Below are positions 1 through 10,631 of a stretch of DNA of 64,000 nt, one piece after another; within the stretch, counting starts at the first letter, position 1, and the number at the start of each line of letters is the position of its first letter. The position numbers and the translations under genes were made by a program. Origin of the DNA: Deltaproteobacteria bacterium (GTDB taxonomy: Bacteria; Desulfobacterota; DSM-4660; Desulfatiglandales; B25-G16); assembly GCA_020349945.1 (NCBI GenBank), contig CP070704.1, positions 509,700-573,699 of the forward strand, in the 5' to 3' direction. The notes beneath the pieces are model-generated. The model saw only the letters and a list, made by a program, of their open reading frames with translations. It was not told where the DNA came from and searched no databases.

Positions 1-112
1 CCGGTGAAGGCGGACACGTAGAAAAATTGTGATGAATATTGTGTAACGGCCGGTTACATAGTAGGGCGAGCACTAGTATTATTTAATATGGTCAGCAGAG
101 ACAAAATCTCCT

Positions 113-1129
113 ATGGGATTTGTTGACGAGGATGAGATCACTGTAAAGTCAGGTGATGGGGGAGCTGGTTGCATAAGCTTTAGGAGAGAACGATTCATAC
201 CAAAAGGGGGGCCTGATGGCGGGGATGGCGGAAAGGGTGGAAATGTTTTGTTCACGGCAACCAGAAGGCTCTATTCCCTATACGATCTCGGCTCTGTGCG
301 TTATTTTAAGGCCCAAAATGGCAGGCCCGGGGGAAGTAAGAATAGGTCAGGGAAAAAAGGCAGGGATATCGAAATCCTGGTCCCAGTAGGGACCATGGTG
401 AAAGACAAGGAAACAGGAGAACTACTGGCTGACTTGGTTCACGACAACCAGCAGATGGTATTGATGGAGGGTGGACAAGGCGGTAAAGGAAATAAGCATT
501 TTGCTACTGCAACCAACAGGGCGCCCAGGCTTGCCCAGGAGGGTCAGAAGGGAACAGAAAAAAGACTCAAACTGGAGCTCAAACTTATCGCAGATATAGG
601 TATCATAGGTTTACCCAATGCCGGCAAATCTACACTTCTATCATGCCTTTCCAATGCACATCCCAAGATAGCTGACTACCCGTTTACAACCCTTGCCCCT
701 AATTTAGGGGTTATTGTCTTTGATGACGAACAATCTCTTACCATTGCCGATATTCCGGGCCTCGTGGAAGGTGCAAGCAATGGGAGGGGCTTAGGGCATA
801 GATTTTTACAACATATTGAGCGGACCTCCTTTCTTCTCCATATGCTGGATATACATCAGCCAATTTCTGAAGATGTGCTCAAAGATTTCTTTATCCTACG
901 GGAAGAATTAAGGCTATCCCATCCATCCCTGGTTAAAAAGGATCTGGTGATATTGATAAACAAGATTGACCTAATTCCCAACAATAAGAGAAGTATCGAG
1001 GAAACGTTCCATTCCTTTCATGACCTTGGCTATGAGTGTCTGGCAATCTCTGCTCTTACCGGGGAAGGATTAGAGGAACTCAAACAGGTGTTAAAGGATA
1101 AGGTCCTTCCATTCCTGCACTCCGGTTAA
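113..1129 (+). CDS. obg: GTPase Obg/CgtA
   Basis: 338-aa ORF. Glycine-rich Obg fold (GDGGAGCISFRRE, GGPDGGDGGKGG) followed by G-domain motifs GLPNAGKST, DIPG and NKID. Confidence 0.95.
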   Translation: MGFVDEDEITVKSGDGGAGCISFRRERFIPKGGPDGGDGGKGGNVLFTATRRLYSLYDLGSVRYFKAQNGRPGGSKNRSGKKGRDIEILVPVGTMVKDKETGELLADLVHDNQQMVLMEGGQGGKGNKHFATATNRAPRLAQEGQKGTEKRLKLELKLIADIGIIGLPNAGKSTLLSCLSNAHPKIADYPFTTLAPNLGVIVFDDEQSLTIADIPGLVEGASNGRGLGHRFLQHIERTSFLLHMLDIHQPISEDVLKDFFILREELRLSHPSLVKKDLVILINKIDLIPNNKRSIEETFHSFHDLGYECLAISALTGEGLEELKQVLKDKVLPFLHSG

Positions 1130-1147
1130 AGACACATTACCAAGAAA

Positions 1148-2287
1148 ATGAACCATTCAAGGAAAGATTTGCTCCACCCTGTTAAAAGGGTGGTTATTAA
1201 GATTGGAAGTGGGGTACTGACAAAAAAAGAGGGTCTAAACCTGGATATTATTCAAGCCCTTTGCGAAGATATCTGTCACCTTATGGAAGAAAGAGGGCTG
1301 GAGATTATTCTTGTATCTTCAGGTGCCATTGCCTCTGGCATAAAAAAGATGGGACTTTCCCAAAGACCACAATCCATTTCCCAACAACAGGCCGTTGCAG
1401 CAATAGGTCAAAGCAGTTTGATGCTTGCCTATGAGGAGGCCTTCAAAGGGTACGGCAGGAAGGTGGCTCAGATATTGGTTACAAGGGATGACCTCACCAA
1501 CAGGAGGAGATATCTCAATACACGGAATACCATTTTTACCCTCCTTAACTGGAAGGTTATCCCGATCGTCAACGAAAATGATACTGTTGTAGTAGATGAG
1601 ATAAAATTCGGTGACAACGATAATCTTAGTGCTATGATGGCTAATCTCGTCGGGGCTCACCTCGTTATTAACCTCACGAATATAGATGGTCTTTTCGATG
1701 ATGATCCCAGAGGGAATAAAGATGCGCATCTGATTCACTTAGTCGAAAAGGTGACAGGCAAGATAGAGAAAAATGCATGCGCCATCCCAGGCCCTTTAGG
1801 AAGGGGTGGCATGGAAAGCAAGGTTACGGCAGCCAAGGATGTAGCCATATGCGGAATTCCGACCATCATCGCCAATGGTCTGAAAAGGAACATAATCAGC
1901 ACAATCTTTGAGGGGAAGGAGGAAGGAACCCTCTTTTTACCTCAACTTACCCCAATGCGGAGTCGCAAGCACTGGATTGCCTTTACGAAATCACCAAAGG
2001 GAAAGATAATGATAGACAGGGGCGCAGAAGATGCCCTGGTCAAGAAGGGCAAAAGCTTACTTCCTTCTGGTATAGTTGCTGTCTATGGGAGATTTAACAT
2101 CGGAAATTCCGTAACCATAATAAATAGAGAAGAAAGAACCCTTGCGGTTGGCCTTGTCAATTATCCCTCAACCGATGTAGAAAAGATTTTAGGACTTAAG
2201 AGCTCGGAGATAGAAAAGACATTAGGATACAAACATGACGATGAGGTCGTTCACAAGGATAATCTCGTTCTCATGAAAAATCCGTAA
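1148..2287 (+). CDS. proB: glutamate 5-kinase with C-terminal PUA domain
   Basis: 379 aa. Amino-acid kinase motifs (VVIKIGSG, VNENDTV, FGDNDNLSA). Lies immediately upstream of proA. Confidence 0.95.
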   Translation: MNHSRKDLLHPVKRVVIKIGSGVLTKKEGLNLDIIQALCEDICHLMEERGLEIILVSSGAIASGIKKMGLSQRPQSISQQQAVAAIGQSSLMLAYEEAFKGYGRKVAQILVTRDDLTNRRRYLNTRNTIFTLLNWKVIPIVNENDTVVVDEIKFGDNDNLSAMMANLVGAHLVINLTNIDGLFDDDPRGNKDAHLIHLVEKVTGKIEKNACAIPGPLGRGGMESKVTAAKDVAICGIPTIIANGLKRNIISTIFEGKEEGTLFLPQLTPMRSRKHWIAFTKSPKGKIMIDRGAEDALVKKGKSLLPSGIVAVYGRFNIGNSVTIINREERTLAVGLVNYPSTDVEKILGLKSSEIEKTLGYKHDDEVVHKDNLVLMKNP

Positions 2288-2324
2288 TCCTTTACCAGTG
2301 ATCTTACCATAATCCTCAGGAGGT

Positions 2325-3587
2325 GTGGAGGTGGATCTCAATGAAATGATAAGGGCCATGGCAAGAGATGCTAAGGTTTCTGCCAGGCTTTTAAGGGTTG
2401 CCAAGAGGGGCGAAAAGGACACTGCCTTGGAGTTCATGGCAGAGAATATTCTTTCGCGGAAGGAGGAGATAATTAAGACAAACGCTCAGGATGTCTCCTT
2501 GGCCAAGAAAAAGGGACTTAATCCAGCAATGATAGATAGGTTAACCCTCAATGAAAAAGCAATTACCTCAATGGTTACCGGATTGAGGGAAGTGGCTGCC
2601 CTTCCCGATCCAGTAGGTGAGGTAACCGGTATGTGGAAAAGACCAAATGGATTGCAGGTGGGACAGGTAAGGATCCCCTTGGGGGTGATAGGCTTTATCT
2701 ATGAGTCCAGGCCTAATGTAACCGTTGATGCAGCTGCCCTCTGCCTCAAATCAGGCAATGCAGTCTTATTAAAGGGCGGATCTGAGGCCATAAACTCCAA
2801 TTTAATCCTGAACGAGATCCTAACAGAGGCAATGAAAAAGGCCAATCTACCAGAAAAATCCATACAGGTGATCCCCTCTACTGAGCATGAGGCCGTTGGT
2901 ATTCTTTTGGGTATGGATGATTATGTTGATATGATTATTCCCAGGGGTGGGGAGGGTCTGATCAGCTTTGTTGCTGAAAATTCAAAGATCCCGGTATTAA
3001 AACACTTTAAGGGTGTCTGTCATGTCTATGTAGACGAATTTGCTGACCTAGAGATGGCTCAAAAGATATGTCTTAATGCCAAGGTACAAAGACCCGGGGT
3101 CTGCAATGCGATGGAAACGATGCTGGTGCATAATAAAATAGCCCCTTCCTTCCTGCCAGGCATGATAAAAGCCTTCAAAAAGGCAGGAGTTGAAATAAGG
3201 GCCTGTGAGGACACCCTCAGGCTTGTTCCCGACCTGAAATTAGCCAAGGAAAGTGATTGGCCGGCAGAGTTTTTAGATCTTATCCTGACGGTCAAGACTG
3301 TTAAGGATATGGATGAGGCCCTGGATCATATTGACAGATACGGTTCTAATCACACGGAGGCAATTGTTACCAATGATTATGAGAGGTCTAAGGAATTTCT
3401 AGAAAAGGTGGATGCCTCAGTAGTCTTGGTAAATGCCTCTACCCGGTTTAACGATGGCTTCGAGCTTGGTTTAGGTGCGGAGATTGGGATCAGTACATCG
3501 AAGCTGCATGCCTATGGACCAATGAGTCTAAAGGAGCTGACCACCACAAAGTTCATTGTATTTGGATCCGGACAGGTAAGGACGTGA
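2325..3587 (+). CDS. proA: gamma-glutamyl phosphate reductase
   Basis: 420 aa with an aldehyde-dehydrogenase-type fold. Catalytic-Cys region [13 protein letters not shown]. proB-proA synteny. Confidence 0.95.
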   Translation: MEVDLNEMIRAMARDAKVSARLLRVAKRGEKDTALEFMAENILSRKEEIIKTNAQDVSLAKKKGLNPAMIDRLTLNEKAITSMVTGLREVAALPDPVGEVTGMWKRPNGLQVGQVRIPLGVIGFIYESRPNVTVDAAALCLKSGNAVLLKGGSEAINSNLILNEILTEAMKKANLPEKSIQVIPSTEHEAVGILLGMDDYVDMIIPRGGEGLISFVAENSKIPVLKHFKGVCHVYVDEFADLEMAQKICLNAKVQRPGVCNAMETMLVHNKIAPSFLPGMIKAFKKAGVEIRACEDTLRLVPDLKLAKESDWPAEFLDLILTVKTVKDMDEALDHIDRYGSNHTEAIVTNDYERSKEFLEKVDASVVLVNASTRFNDGFELGLGAEIGISTSKLHAYGPMSLKELTTTKFIVFGSGQVRT

Positions 3588-4240
3588 AATTAGGTATCCT
3601 GGGAGGGACCTTTAATCCGATTCATTTTGGTCACCTGAGGGTGGCTGAGGAAATAGGTGAGGATTTGGGCCTTGAAAAGGTTTACCTCATACCATCTGGT
3701 ATTCCACCACACAAGAGCCCCTATCCCATTGCTGACTTTTCCCATCGCTTAGAGATGGCAAGGCTGGCAAGTAACACCTCACCTCTCCTTGAAGTGTGGG
3801 ATATTGAGGGGAAAAGGCCTGGTTTGTCTTACTCCATTGAAACACTGAAACTATTCCATTCCCATTTTGGATTCAAACTTGAACTATTTTTTATCATTGG
3901 AATAGATGCCTTTATGGAGATAAAGACCTGGAAGGAATACCAGGACCTCTTTAGGTATGCCTCTTTTGTTGTTATTAATAGGCCAGGGTATAATAGAGAA
4001 GAGCTTTTTACCTTTCTTGACTCCCTTACCGCTGGCTTTGTATGGAACCCTGAAAGAAAGTACTTTTCCCATCCATCGGGAAATATCTTACTTAAAAGAG
4101 ATACAACACTAATGGATATATCAGCGAGTAGAATAAGGGAGATGGTAAATAAGGGGAAATCTATTCGCTTTTTGGTACCGGAGGCAGTAAGAGAATATAT
4201 AGAAAAGGTAGGTTTATACCTGGTTCATGAATTCGCTTGA
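3584..4240 (+). CDS. nadD: nicotinate-nucleotide adenylyltransferase
   Basis: [11 protein letters not shown] (HxGH motif) and ISASRIR near the C-terminus. The GTG start overlaps the proA stop. Confidence 0.9.
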   Translation: MKLGILGGTFNPIHFGHLRVAEEIGEDLGLEKVYLIPSGIPPHKSPYPIADFSHRLEMARLASNTSPLLEVWDIEGKRPGLSYSIETLKLFHSHFGFKLELFFIIGIDAFMEIKTWKEYQDLFRYASFVVINRPGYNREELFTFLDSLTAGFVWNPERKYFSHPSGNILLKRDTTLMDISASRIREMVNKGKSIRFLVPEAVREYIEKVGLYLVHEFA

Positions 4241-4601
4241 TAAGGCCCTTCTATGTGTTAATATCATCCTTGAAAGGAAGGCGACTGACCTTGTTCTGTT
4301 TGAGGTTGAAAAGTTAACTTCCATAACCGACTACTTCCTTATTGCCAGCGGTAAATCCAGCAGACAGGTCCAGGCCGTTGCCGAACATCTCCAAAGAAGA
4401 ATGAAAGAGGAAGGTCTCAGGCCTTTTGGCGTAGAGGGCGAAAGGGATGGCCACTGGATATTGTTGGACTATGGTGATGTGGTGGTTCACCTCTTCTATC
4501 AGCCAATAAGAGAATTCTATGACCTTGAGGGGTTATGGATTGAGGCCCCAAGGGTGGAGATAGACAAGAGGGCTATTAAGCCTGCTCCGCAACCTATGTA
4601 A
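4227..4601 (+). CDS. rsfS: ribosome silencing factor RsfS
   Basis: 124 aa with the typical RsfS core (ITDYFLIASGKSSRQVQAVAE, WILLDYGDVVVHLF). Conserved nadD-rsfS pairing. Confidence 0.9.
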   Translation: MNSLDKALLCVNIILERKATDLVLFEVEKLTSITDYFLIASGKSSRQVQAVAEHLQRRMKEEGLRPFGVEGERDGHWILLDYGDVVVHLFYQPIREFYDLEGLWIEAPRVEIDKRAIKPAPQPM

Positions 4602-4692
4602 TTTTAGGCCTGCCGAAGGCGCCAGTGAGCAAACATATGTAACGAGACAAGCCCTGTGAGATGCAAAGTCTCCACAATGGCTGGAATAACGA

Positions 4693-6090
4693 GTGTCAAA
4701 GGTGAGCATTAAGAACTTCTTCATCCTTCTTACGGCCCTCTTTATAACGGGCGTTTCTCTAGTAGAGTCTCGGGGCGCATTTCTATCTCCAGAAGAGGAA
4801 ACTCAGCTCGGGGATAGGTTTCTCAGGAGCATAACATCCCAGTATGAGCTCTCCGACTATCCTTATATAGTTCAGTATATCAATGAGCTTGGTTCCTATC
4901 TCGGTCGCCAAATAGAGGTACCGTATTTCCCGCTCAACTTCTACATCGTAAAAGAGGATGACATTAATGCATTTGCAGCTCCTGCCGGTCATGTATTTAC
5001 CTTTTCAGGCCTTATTAAGGTCACGGACGATGTCGATGAGTTGGCCGCTGTACTGGCACACGAGCTTGGCCATGTAAGTGCCAGGCACCTAGCCGTCAGG
5101 ATAGAGAGATCCAAGAAGATCGGGATGGCCACGATGGCTGGTGTCCTGGCGGGAATCCTTGCAGGAGGTAAGGCGGCTGGTGCCCTTACGACCGGCTCGA
5201 TAGCTGCCGGGATCCAGGCTGAACTTGGCTACAGCAGGGAGGACGAAAGGCAAGCTGACCAGCTAGGGTTTAAATACGGCCATAGCGCCAGTTTTGACCC
5301 TCGGGGAATGTTAAGCGTATTAAAGAAGATACAAAGGCAGAGCGGGTATGGAACGGGGGAGATCCCTCCTTACCTCCTAACCCATCCAGGAGCAGCGGAG
5401 AGGATGGCCGCTATCGAGGCAATGCTACAGGGATATGAGAAGCCACCTGATACTGATAAGACGAAAGAGCTCCGCGCGAGGTTTCCGATTTTTCGTACGA
5501 TGCTCGTTGCCCTCTGTCATGATAAGGAGGCGGCTACAAAGGAGTTTCGAAAAGGGCTTTCTGCTGATCCCGAATCTTTTATGGCCCATTATGGCCTCGG
5601 GCTTGTCCTGGAAAGGGAGGGGCTCGCTGATGAAGCCCTGAATCACCTTAAGATAGCCTTGAGGCAGGAACCTGGCTCCGTGCCTATCATGTATGCCATG
5701 GGCAAGGCGTATCAGACCGCCGGTCAATACGAAGACTCCATATCTATCCTAAAGAAAGCACTCGAGCTATCACCCCAAGATAAGGAGATCATGTATCTTC
5801 TGGCCCTATCTTTACAAAATCTTGAGCTATATGGCCAGGCCTCCAAAATCTATGAAAGATTGGCCTATCTTCCACCAGTCAAAGAGAGGGTCTATTATAA
5901 CCTTGGCCTGGTCTACGGACGACAGGGGAAGTTAGCCCTGGCTCACTATAATTTAGGGATCTATTCCACCAAGTTGAACAAGAGGGAAGAGGCCCTTTTT
6001 CATTTTGAAAAGGCAAAAGTGCTTGCAGGGAATGAACCAGCTCTCCAGGAAAAGATTGATAAGGCCTTGATGGATCTTAAGAGATTGTAA
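4693..6090 (+). CDS. M48 family zinc metalloprotease with C-terminal TPR repeats (BepA-like)
   Basis: N-terminal hydrophobic signal, HELGH zinc motif, and a C-terminal half made of TPR-like repeats (AHYGLGLV, YAMGKAYQ, YNLGLVY). Confidence 0.8.
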   Translation: MSKVSIKNFFILLTALFITGVSLVESRGAFLSPEEETQLGDRFLRSITSQYELSDYPYIVQYINELGSYLGRQIEVPYFPLNFYIVKEDDINAFAAPAGHVFTFSGLIKVTDDVDELAAVLAHELGHVSARHLAVRIERSKKIGMATMAGVLAGILAGGKAAGALTTGSIAAGIQAELGYSREDERQADQLGFKYGHSASFDPRGMLSVLKKIQRQSGYGTGEIPPYLLTHPGAAERMAAIEAMLQGYEKPPDTDKTKELRARFPIFRTMLVALCHDKEAATKEFRKGLSADPESFMAHYGLGLVLEREGLADEALNHLKIALRQEPGSVPIMYAMGKAYQTAGQYEDSISILKKALELSPQDKEIMYLLALSLQNLELYGQASKIYERLAYLPPVKERVYYNLGLVYGRQGKLALAHYNLGIYSTKLNKREEALFHFEKAKVLAGNEPALQEKIDKALMDLKRL

Positions 6091-6205
6091 TCCCTCTACC
6101 ACGATCCTAATTTCTCCAGTTTCACCCGCTTCTGTTGCACTAGTGCATCCAAGTCCGGATATCGTAAGACGCTATCAGTCTATTTAGATCTACTGCCTTT
6201 CCATG

Positions 6206-6234
6206 TTGACAACATGGTGCCAATGGCGTAAACC
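6206..6234 (+). promoter_or_regulatory. putative sigma70-type promoter overlapped by a perfect 8-bp-arm palindrome
   Basis: TTGACA (6206-6211), 17-nt spacer, weak -10 TAAACC. The palindrome CCATGTTG-A-CAACATGG (6201-6217) covers the -35. Confidence 0.3.
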
Positions 6235-6388
6235 CTGTTAGAAGTTTTGAATCGAGCTTTAAACCACGCCACAGTGGATGTTTACTATCTACCGTGGCAT
6301 GCTCAAGCTTATTGTTTTTTCTTTCTGACAGGGTAAAGGAACTCTGTCCTTACGCGCTAAATCCTGAAAACGAGAAGGAGAAGGGGAT

Positions 6389-7879
6389 ATGCCATTAATG
6401 ACACCAGGAGAATTCGAGGAATCTCTAAAGGACCTGAAGCCCAGGGTCTTTATGAACGGGGAAAAGGTGGGCAATATCCTTGAAAATAGGAACACCCGAA
6501 CGGTTGTGGAAGCCAATAAGGCAAGCTATGCCTGGGCCTTAGACCCGAAATATAAGGATATCATGACATGCTATTCTCCCCTTATCAGTGATGTGGTCAA
6601 TCGCTATACCCATGTGAGTGCAAGCGCTGAGGATCTGGTAAAGAAGGCTGAAGCAGGCACCTTTACCGCAGAGATGCTGGGGACGTGTATATACCGTTGC
6701 GTAGGGTATGATGCCTTCCACTCTCTAGCCAGTACTACCTGGGAGATGGACAGGGATTTGGGGACAGGGTATCATCCCCGCTTCATAGAGTACCTCAAGA
6801 TGGTTCAGAGAAAAGATCTATCCGTGGCTGGAGCGCTTACCGAGCCGAGAGGTAAACGCAGCCAAAAGACCTTGGACTGGCCCGACCCTTATCTTTCACT
6901 CAAGGTGGTCGACAAAAACAAGGAGGGTATCGTCGTTCGTGGGGCAAAGATAAATATCAGCGGCGCCTTTGCCAGCCATGAGCTTGTTGTTCTACCCCAG
7001 GCTGCCCACTTCGAGGGTGAGCAAGATTACGCCATAGCATTTGCCACACCACCCGATGCCGAGGGCATTACCTATGTGTGCCAGTATTCGCCATATTCCG
7101 CCGAGAGAGATATGGCCGAAGATTTAGAGGAACTGGGAAATCCCGTCTTCGGCCAGCGAGAGACATCCATGGTCATATTCGACAACGTATTTGTTCCATG
7201 GGAAAGGGTATTTCACTGCGGGGAGTACGGCTATTCCATCAAGTTTGTGACACGATTCGCCAAGACCCACCGCATGACCTGTGGTGGGACATGTAAGGTG
7301 GGTTTCATGAATCAGATCATTGGGGCCGCAAAACTGATTCAAGAATACAAGGGTTTAGACAAGGCAACACACATCAATGACCAGTTGATGGAGATGGTCG
7401 TTTTGAGGGAAACAGGTCGGGCCTGTGGTATGGCCGCTGCCACCAGGGGCGTGGAAGAACCTCCCGGATCAGGCGTCTTTTTGCCGGATGAGCTAATGGG
7501 TAATGTTTCCAAGCTGAACATCTGCAATGCCTTCTGGAGGGTTATGGCGCTGGCCGGAGACATCGGCGGTGGCCTAATCGTGACAATGCCTTCAATCAAA
7601 GAATTGAAAAATCCCAAGGTGAAGGATTACGTGGAAGAATTTTACAGCTTCGGCTCTGATGAACCCACGGAAAATATCATGAAGGTTCATAAACTCCTCC
7701 AGTACTGGACGGCTGGCCAACATGGTGTAGCTACGTGGCATGGGGCCGGACCGGTCATGACTCAGAAGATTATGCTACAGAGGGTCATAGACTACGAGCG
7801 CGAAAAAAATATTGTCAGGCAGACATTAAAACTCAAGGAAAAGAGGGCAAAAGACAGTAAGGGTGCATCAGAGAGCTAA
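6389..7879 (+). CDS. 4-hydroxybutyryl-CoA dehydratase / 4-hydroxyphenylacetate hydroxylase family protein (AbfD-like)
   Basis: 496 aa. CxxxC motif (GTCIYRCVG) and a later His/Cys cluster (THRMTCGGTC) match the AbfD [4Fe-4S] ligand pattern recalled from memory. Overall length and N-terminus are typical of the family. Confidence 0.75.
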   Translation: MPLMTPGEFEESLKDLKPRVFMNGEKVGNILENRNTRTVVEANKASYAWALDPKYKDIMTCYSPLISDVVNRYTHVSASAEDLVKKAEAGTFTAEMLGTCIYRCVGYDAFHSLASTTWEMDRDLGTGYHPRFIEYLKMVQRKDLSVAGALTEPRGKRSQKTLDWPDPYLSLKVVDKNKEGIVVRGAKINISGAFASHELVVLPQAAHFEGEQDYAIAFATPPDAEGITYVCQYSPYSAERDMAEDLEELGNPVFGQRETSMVIFDNVFVPWERVFHCGEYGYSIKFVTRFAKTHRMTCGGTCKVGFMNQIIGAAKLIQEYKGLDKATHINDQLMEMVVLRETGRACGMAAATRGVEEPPGSGVFLPDELMGNVSKLNICNAFWRVMALAGDIGGGLIVTMPSIKELKNPKVKDYVEEFYSFGSDEPTENIMKVHKLLQYWTAGQHGVATWHGAGPVMTQKIMLQRVIDYEREKNIVRQTLKLKEKRAKDSKGASES

Positions 7880-7892
7880 AAAGGGGATAATA

Positions 7893-9815
7893 ATGAAAGA
7901 TGCTATGGTCGTATTCCAGCCCTCTGGAATGAGGGGAAAAGTGCCTTTAGGTGAGACCCTCATAGAGGCTTCCCGAAGACTTGGAGCTGATATTGAATCC
8001 CTTTGTGGAGAAAGGATGCTATGCGGCAAGTGCAAGGTAAGGATTGAGGAGGGAAGGGAAAATCTTACCGAATTTCAGAGAGAAGAGGGAAACTTTATAT
8101 CTTTAGCTGAAAGAAAGGGAGGCCTTCGTCTTGCGTGTGCAGCTAAAATAACCGGAGATGTCCTTGTATTTGTGCCTGAGGAGACCCGGGCATCAAAGCA
8201 GGCAATAAGAAAGGCCCCTACCAAAAGGCCGATAAAGATCGATCCAGCGGTAAAACTGTACCCTCTGACCCTAAAAGAGGCCTCTATCGAGGATCCTTTA
8301 GGGGACTGTGAGAGACTCAACCAGGCCCTGGAAGAGCGATATGGATTGAAGAATATGAGCCTTGACCTTGAGGTGCTCAAGTCACTGGGCACAATCATAA
8401 GGAAAGGGAACTGGGAGATCACAGTTTCTATATGGAACAGCAGAGAGCTGATCAGAGTCCAGCCAGGAAGGGTAACCAATGCCTACGGACTGGCTGTCGA
8501 TATAGGGACTACAACAGTAGCCGGCTATCTTTGTAGCCTTGCTACCGGTGAGGTTTTGGCAACCTATTCCTTGATGAATCCCCAGGTGACCTATGGAGAG
8601 GATGTTATGTCACGAATAGCCTATCATATGATGCATCCAGACGATGGTTTACACAAGATGAGTCAAGCTATTGTTGAGGCCCTTAACAGCCTTGTTGTAA
8701 ACACAGTGAAAGAAACCAGCCTTACACCTGATGACATTGAAGACATGACAGTAGTTGGCAATACTGCTATGCACCACATCCTTTTAGGGATCAATCCTGA
8801 ATATGTAGGAACTGCCCCATTCCCTCCAGCCATCCATCACTCCATTGATGTTAAGGCCAGGGATATAGGAATCCGGATTAATCCATCATCCTATATCCAT
8901 ATTCTGCCCATTGAGGCTGGTTTTGTGGGAGCAGACAATGTAGGTCTATTAATCGCCGAAGAACCTTACAAAAAGAAGCCTATATGTTTGCTCATTGATA
9001 TCGGCACCAATGGTGAGCTCGTTCTTGGGAACAGGGACAAGCTTATGTCCTCATCATGTGCTACTGGCCCGGCCCTTGAAGGTGCACAGCTCACCTTTGG
9101 CATGAGGGCAGCCCCTGGTGCCATTGAACGGGTTATAATCGACCCAGAGACCCATGAGGTGAACTTCAAGGTAATTGGCAGGGATGAATGGTCCAAATAT
9201 TCCAGACCCGGGGAGATAAAGGCAAAGGGAATCTGCGGCACTGGTGTTCTTGACAGTTTGGCTGAACTTTACAGGGCCGGTATCATCTCAAAAAGCGGTG
9301 CCTTTAGCAAAACGCAAAGATCAAAGAGGTACAGGATAAACCAAGAAAATAATCAACCAGAGTTTGTGATTGCGTGGAAGGAGGAGACCTCTATCGGTCG
9401 GGACATCACCATCTCCCTTAAGGATATCAGGCAGATCCAATTGGCTAAGGGGGCTATCTACACTGGTTGCAAGCTCATGATGAGGAAGAGAGGAATAGAT
9501 AGTGTGGATAGAATTATTTTGGCTGGGGCCTTTGGGAGCTATGTCGATCCAGAAAAGGCTTTAATCATAGGCATGATCCCCGATTGCGATCTAAAGAAGG
9601 TATATTCTGTGGGTAATGCAGCAGGAGATGGGGCGAGGATTGCCCTTTTAAACAAAAACAAAAGGGCCGAGGCAGATCGCATCGCCAAACAAGTGGAATA
9701 CATAGAACTCACAGTAGAGGAGGACTTTCAAATGGAATTCACGTATTCCCTGCAACTTCCACACATGAGGGATACATTTCCTCACCTTAAAGGGATAGTT
9801 CCCGATGATAGCTAA
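7893..9815 (+). CDS. [2Fe-2S] ferredoxin-domain / ASKHA ATPase-domain protein (RACo-like, DUF4445 family)
   Basis: N-terminal plant-type 2Fe-2S motif (CGERMLCGKCKV). ASKHA phosphate motifs (GLAVDIGTTTV, LLIDIGTNGE). I prefer ATG 7893, preceded by AAAGGGG, over the GTG at 7863 given in the ORF track. Confidence 0.7.
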   Translation: MKDAMVVFQPSGMRGKVPLGETLIEASRRLGADIESLCGERMLCGKCKVRIEEGRENLTEFQREEGNFISLAERKGGLRLACAAKITGDVLVFVPEETRASKQAIRKAPTKRPIKIDPAVKLYPLTLKEASIEDPLGDCERLNQALEERYGLKNMSLDLEVLKSLGTIIRKGNWEITVSIWNSRELIRVQPGRVTNAYGLAVDIGTTTVAGYLCSLATGEVLATYSLMNPQVTYGEDVMSRIAYHMMHPDDGLHKMSQAIVEALNSLVVNTVKETSLTPDDIEDMTVVGNTAMHHILLGINPEYVGTAPFPPAIHHSIDVKARDIGIRINPSSYIHILPIEAGFVGADNVGLLIAEEPYKKKPICLLIDIGTNGELVLGNRDKLMSSSCATGPALEGAQLTFGMRAAPGAIERVIIDPETHEVNFKVIGRDEWSKYSRPGEIKAKGICGTGVLDSLAELYRAGIISKSGAFSKTQRSKRYRINQENNQPEFVIAWKEETSIGRDITISLKDIRQIQLAKGAIYTGCKLMMRKRGIDSVDRIILAGAFGSYVDPEKALIIGMIPDCDLKKVYSVGNAAGDGARIALLNKNKRAEADRIAKQVEYIELTVEEDFQMEFTYSLQLPHMRDTFPHLKGIVPDDS

Positions 9816-10013
9816 ATCAGTATCGGCACGTCAAACATACTCGCCATCTTTAAAGGCTAAAGGCCTAAGAGTATGTGTCAAGTTCTCTCGGGCAAGATTC
9901 ATCTGCCTTGTTTTTCCTGTATAAATCTGCCTAATCCCAGCTTTAGCATGTGCAGGGGCTCGCCCCAGGCTGATTTACGATTCTTTATTTAGAGCCATTG
10001 TGTAGCCCTTTGA

Positions 10014-10042
10014 TTGACATGGATTCTCTAATCGGTTAAAAA
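10014..10042 (+). promoter_or_regulatory. putative sigma70-type promoter upstream of cobO
   Basis: TTGACA (10014-10019), 17-nt spacer, TAAAAA (10037-10042). Confidence 0.3.
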
Positions 10043-10084
10043 ATGTGTACAATTGAAGTATTCAAATTCTGAAATGAGCACTTC

Positions 10085-10612
10085 ATGGAAAAAGAGGATA
10101 GTCTTGGTCTGGTTCAGATCTATACAGGGAATGGAAAGGGAAAGACAACCGCAGCCCTTGGTCTGGCTGTAAGGGCCGCCGGGCATAATCTCAAGATTGC
10201 TATTATTCAGTTTATGAAGATGTGGGATTATGGAGAGGTAAAAAGCCTCAGGAGGCTCGGTATTGATCTCTTTCGCTATGGAACATCAGGGTTTGTTGAC
10301 TCGAAAAATCCATCACCTATAGACCTTGAGCAGGCCGACAAAGCCCTATCCAAGGCCGAAGAGCTTATAGAAAAAGGTGACTACGATATCCTCATTTTAG
10401 ATGAGGTCAACGTGGCCCTTGATTTCAAGCTCATACCCTTGAAAAGGGTGATTGATCTTTTGGACAAAAAACCGGATAATCTCGAGCTGGTCCTTACCGG
10501 ACGAAACTGCCCCCAGGAACTCATCGAGAGGGCTCACCTTGTCTCCGTTATAGATGAGATCAAGCACCCTTTTCAGAAGGGGATAGAGGCAAGAAAAGGG
10601 ATTGAGTTTTAA
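10085..10612 (+). CDS. cobO: cob(I)yrinic acid a,c-diamide adenosyltransferase (CobO/BtuR type)
   Basis: 175 aa. P-loop GNGKGKTTAALG, followed by ILDE and the conserved C-terminal block of the CobA/CobO family. Confidence 0.85.
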   Translation: MEKEDSLGLVQIYTGNGKGKTTAALGLAVRAAGHNLKIAIIQFMKMWDYGEVKSLRRLGIDLFRYGTSGFVDSKNPSPIDLEQADKALSKAEELIEKGDYDILILDEVNVALDFKLIPLKRVIDLLDKKPDNLELVLTGRNCPQELIERAHLVSVIDEIKHPFQKGIEARKGIEF

Positions 10613-10631
10613 TGAAAGGAGGCCAAATTAC

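Noticed and set aside
1-112. Possible 3' end of an upstream gene (rpmA often precedes obg).
   Set aside because: The short open frames ending at nt 21 and nt 32 do not resemble an L27 C-terminus that I can recognise. The sequence is too short to call.
9816-10084. Cobalamin riboswitch upstream of cobO.
   Set aside because: I could not find a B12-box-like element by eye. Only a sigma70-like promoter is apparent.
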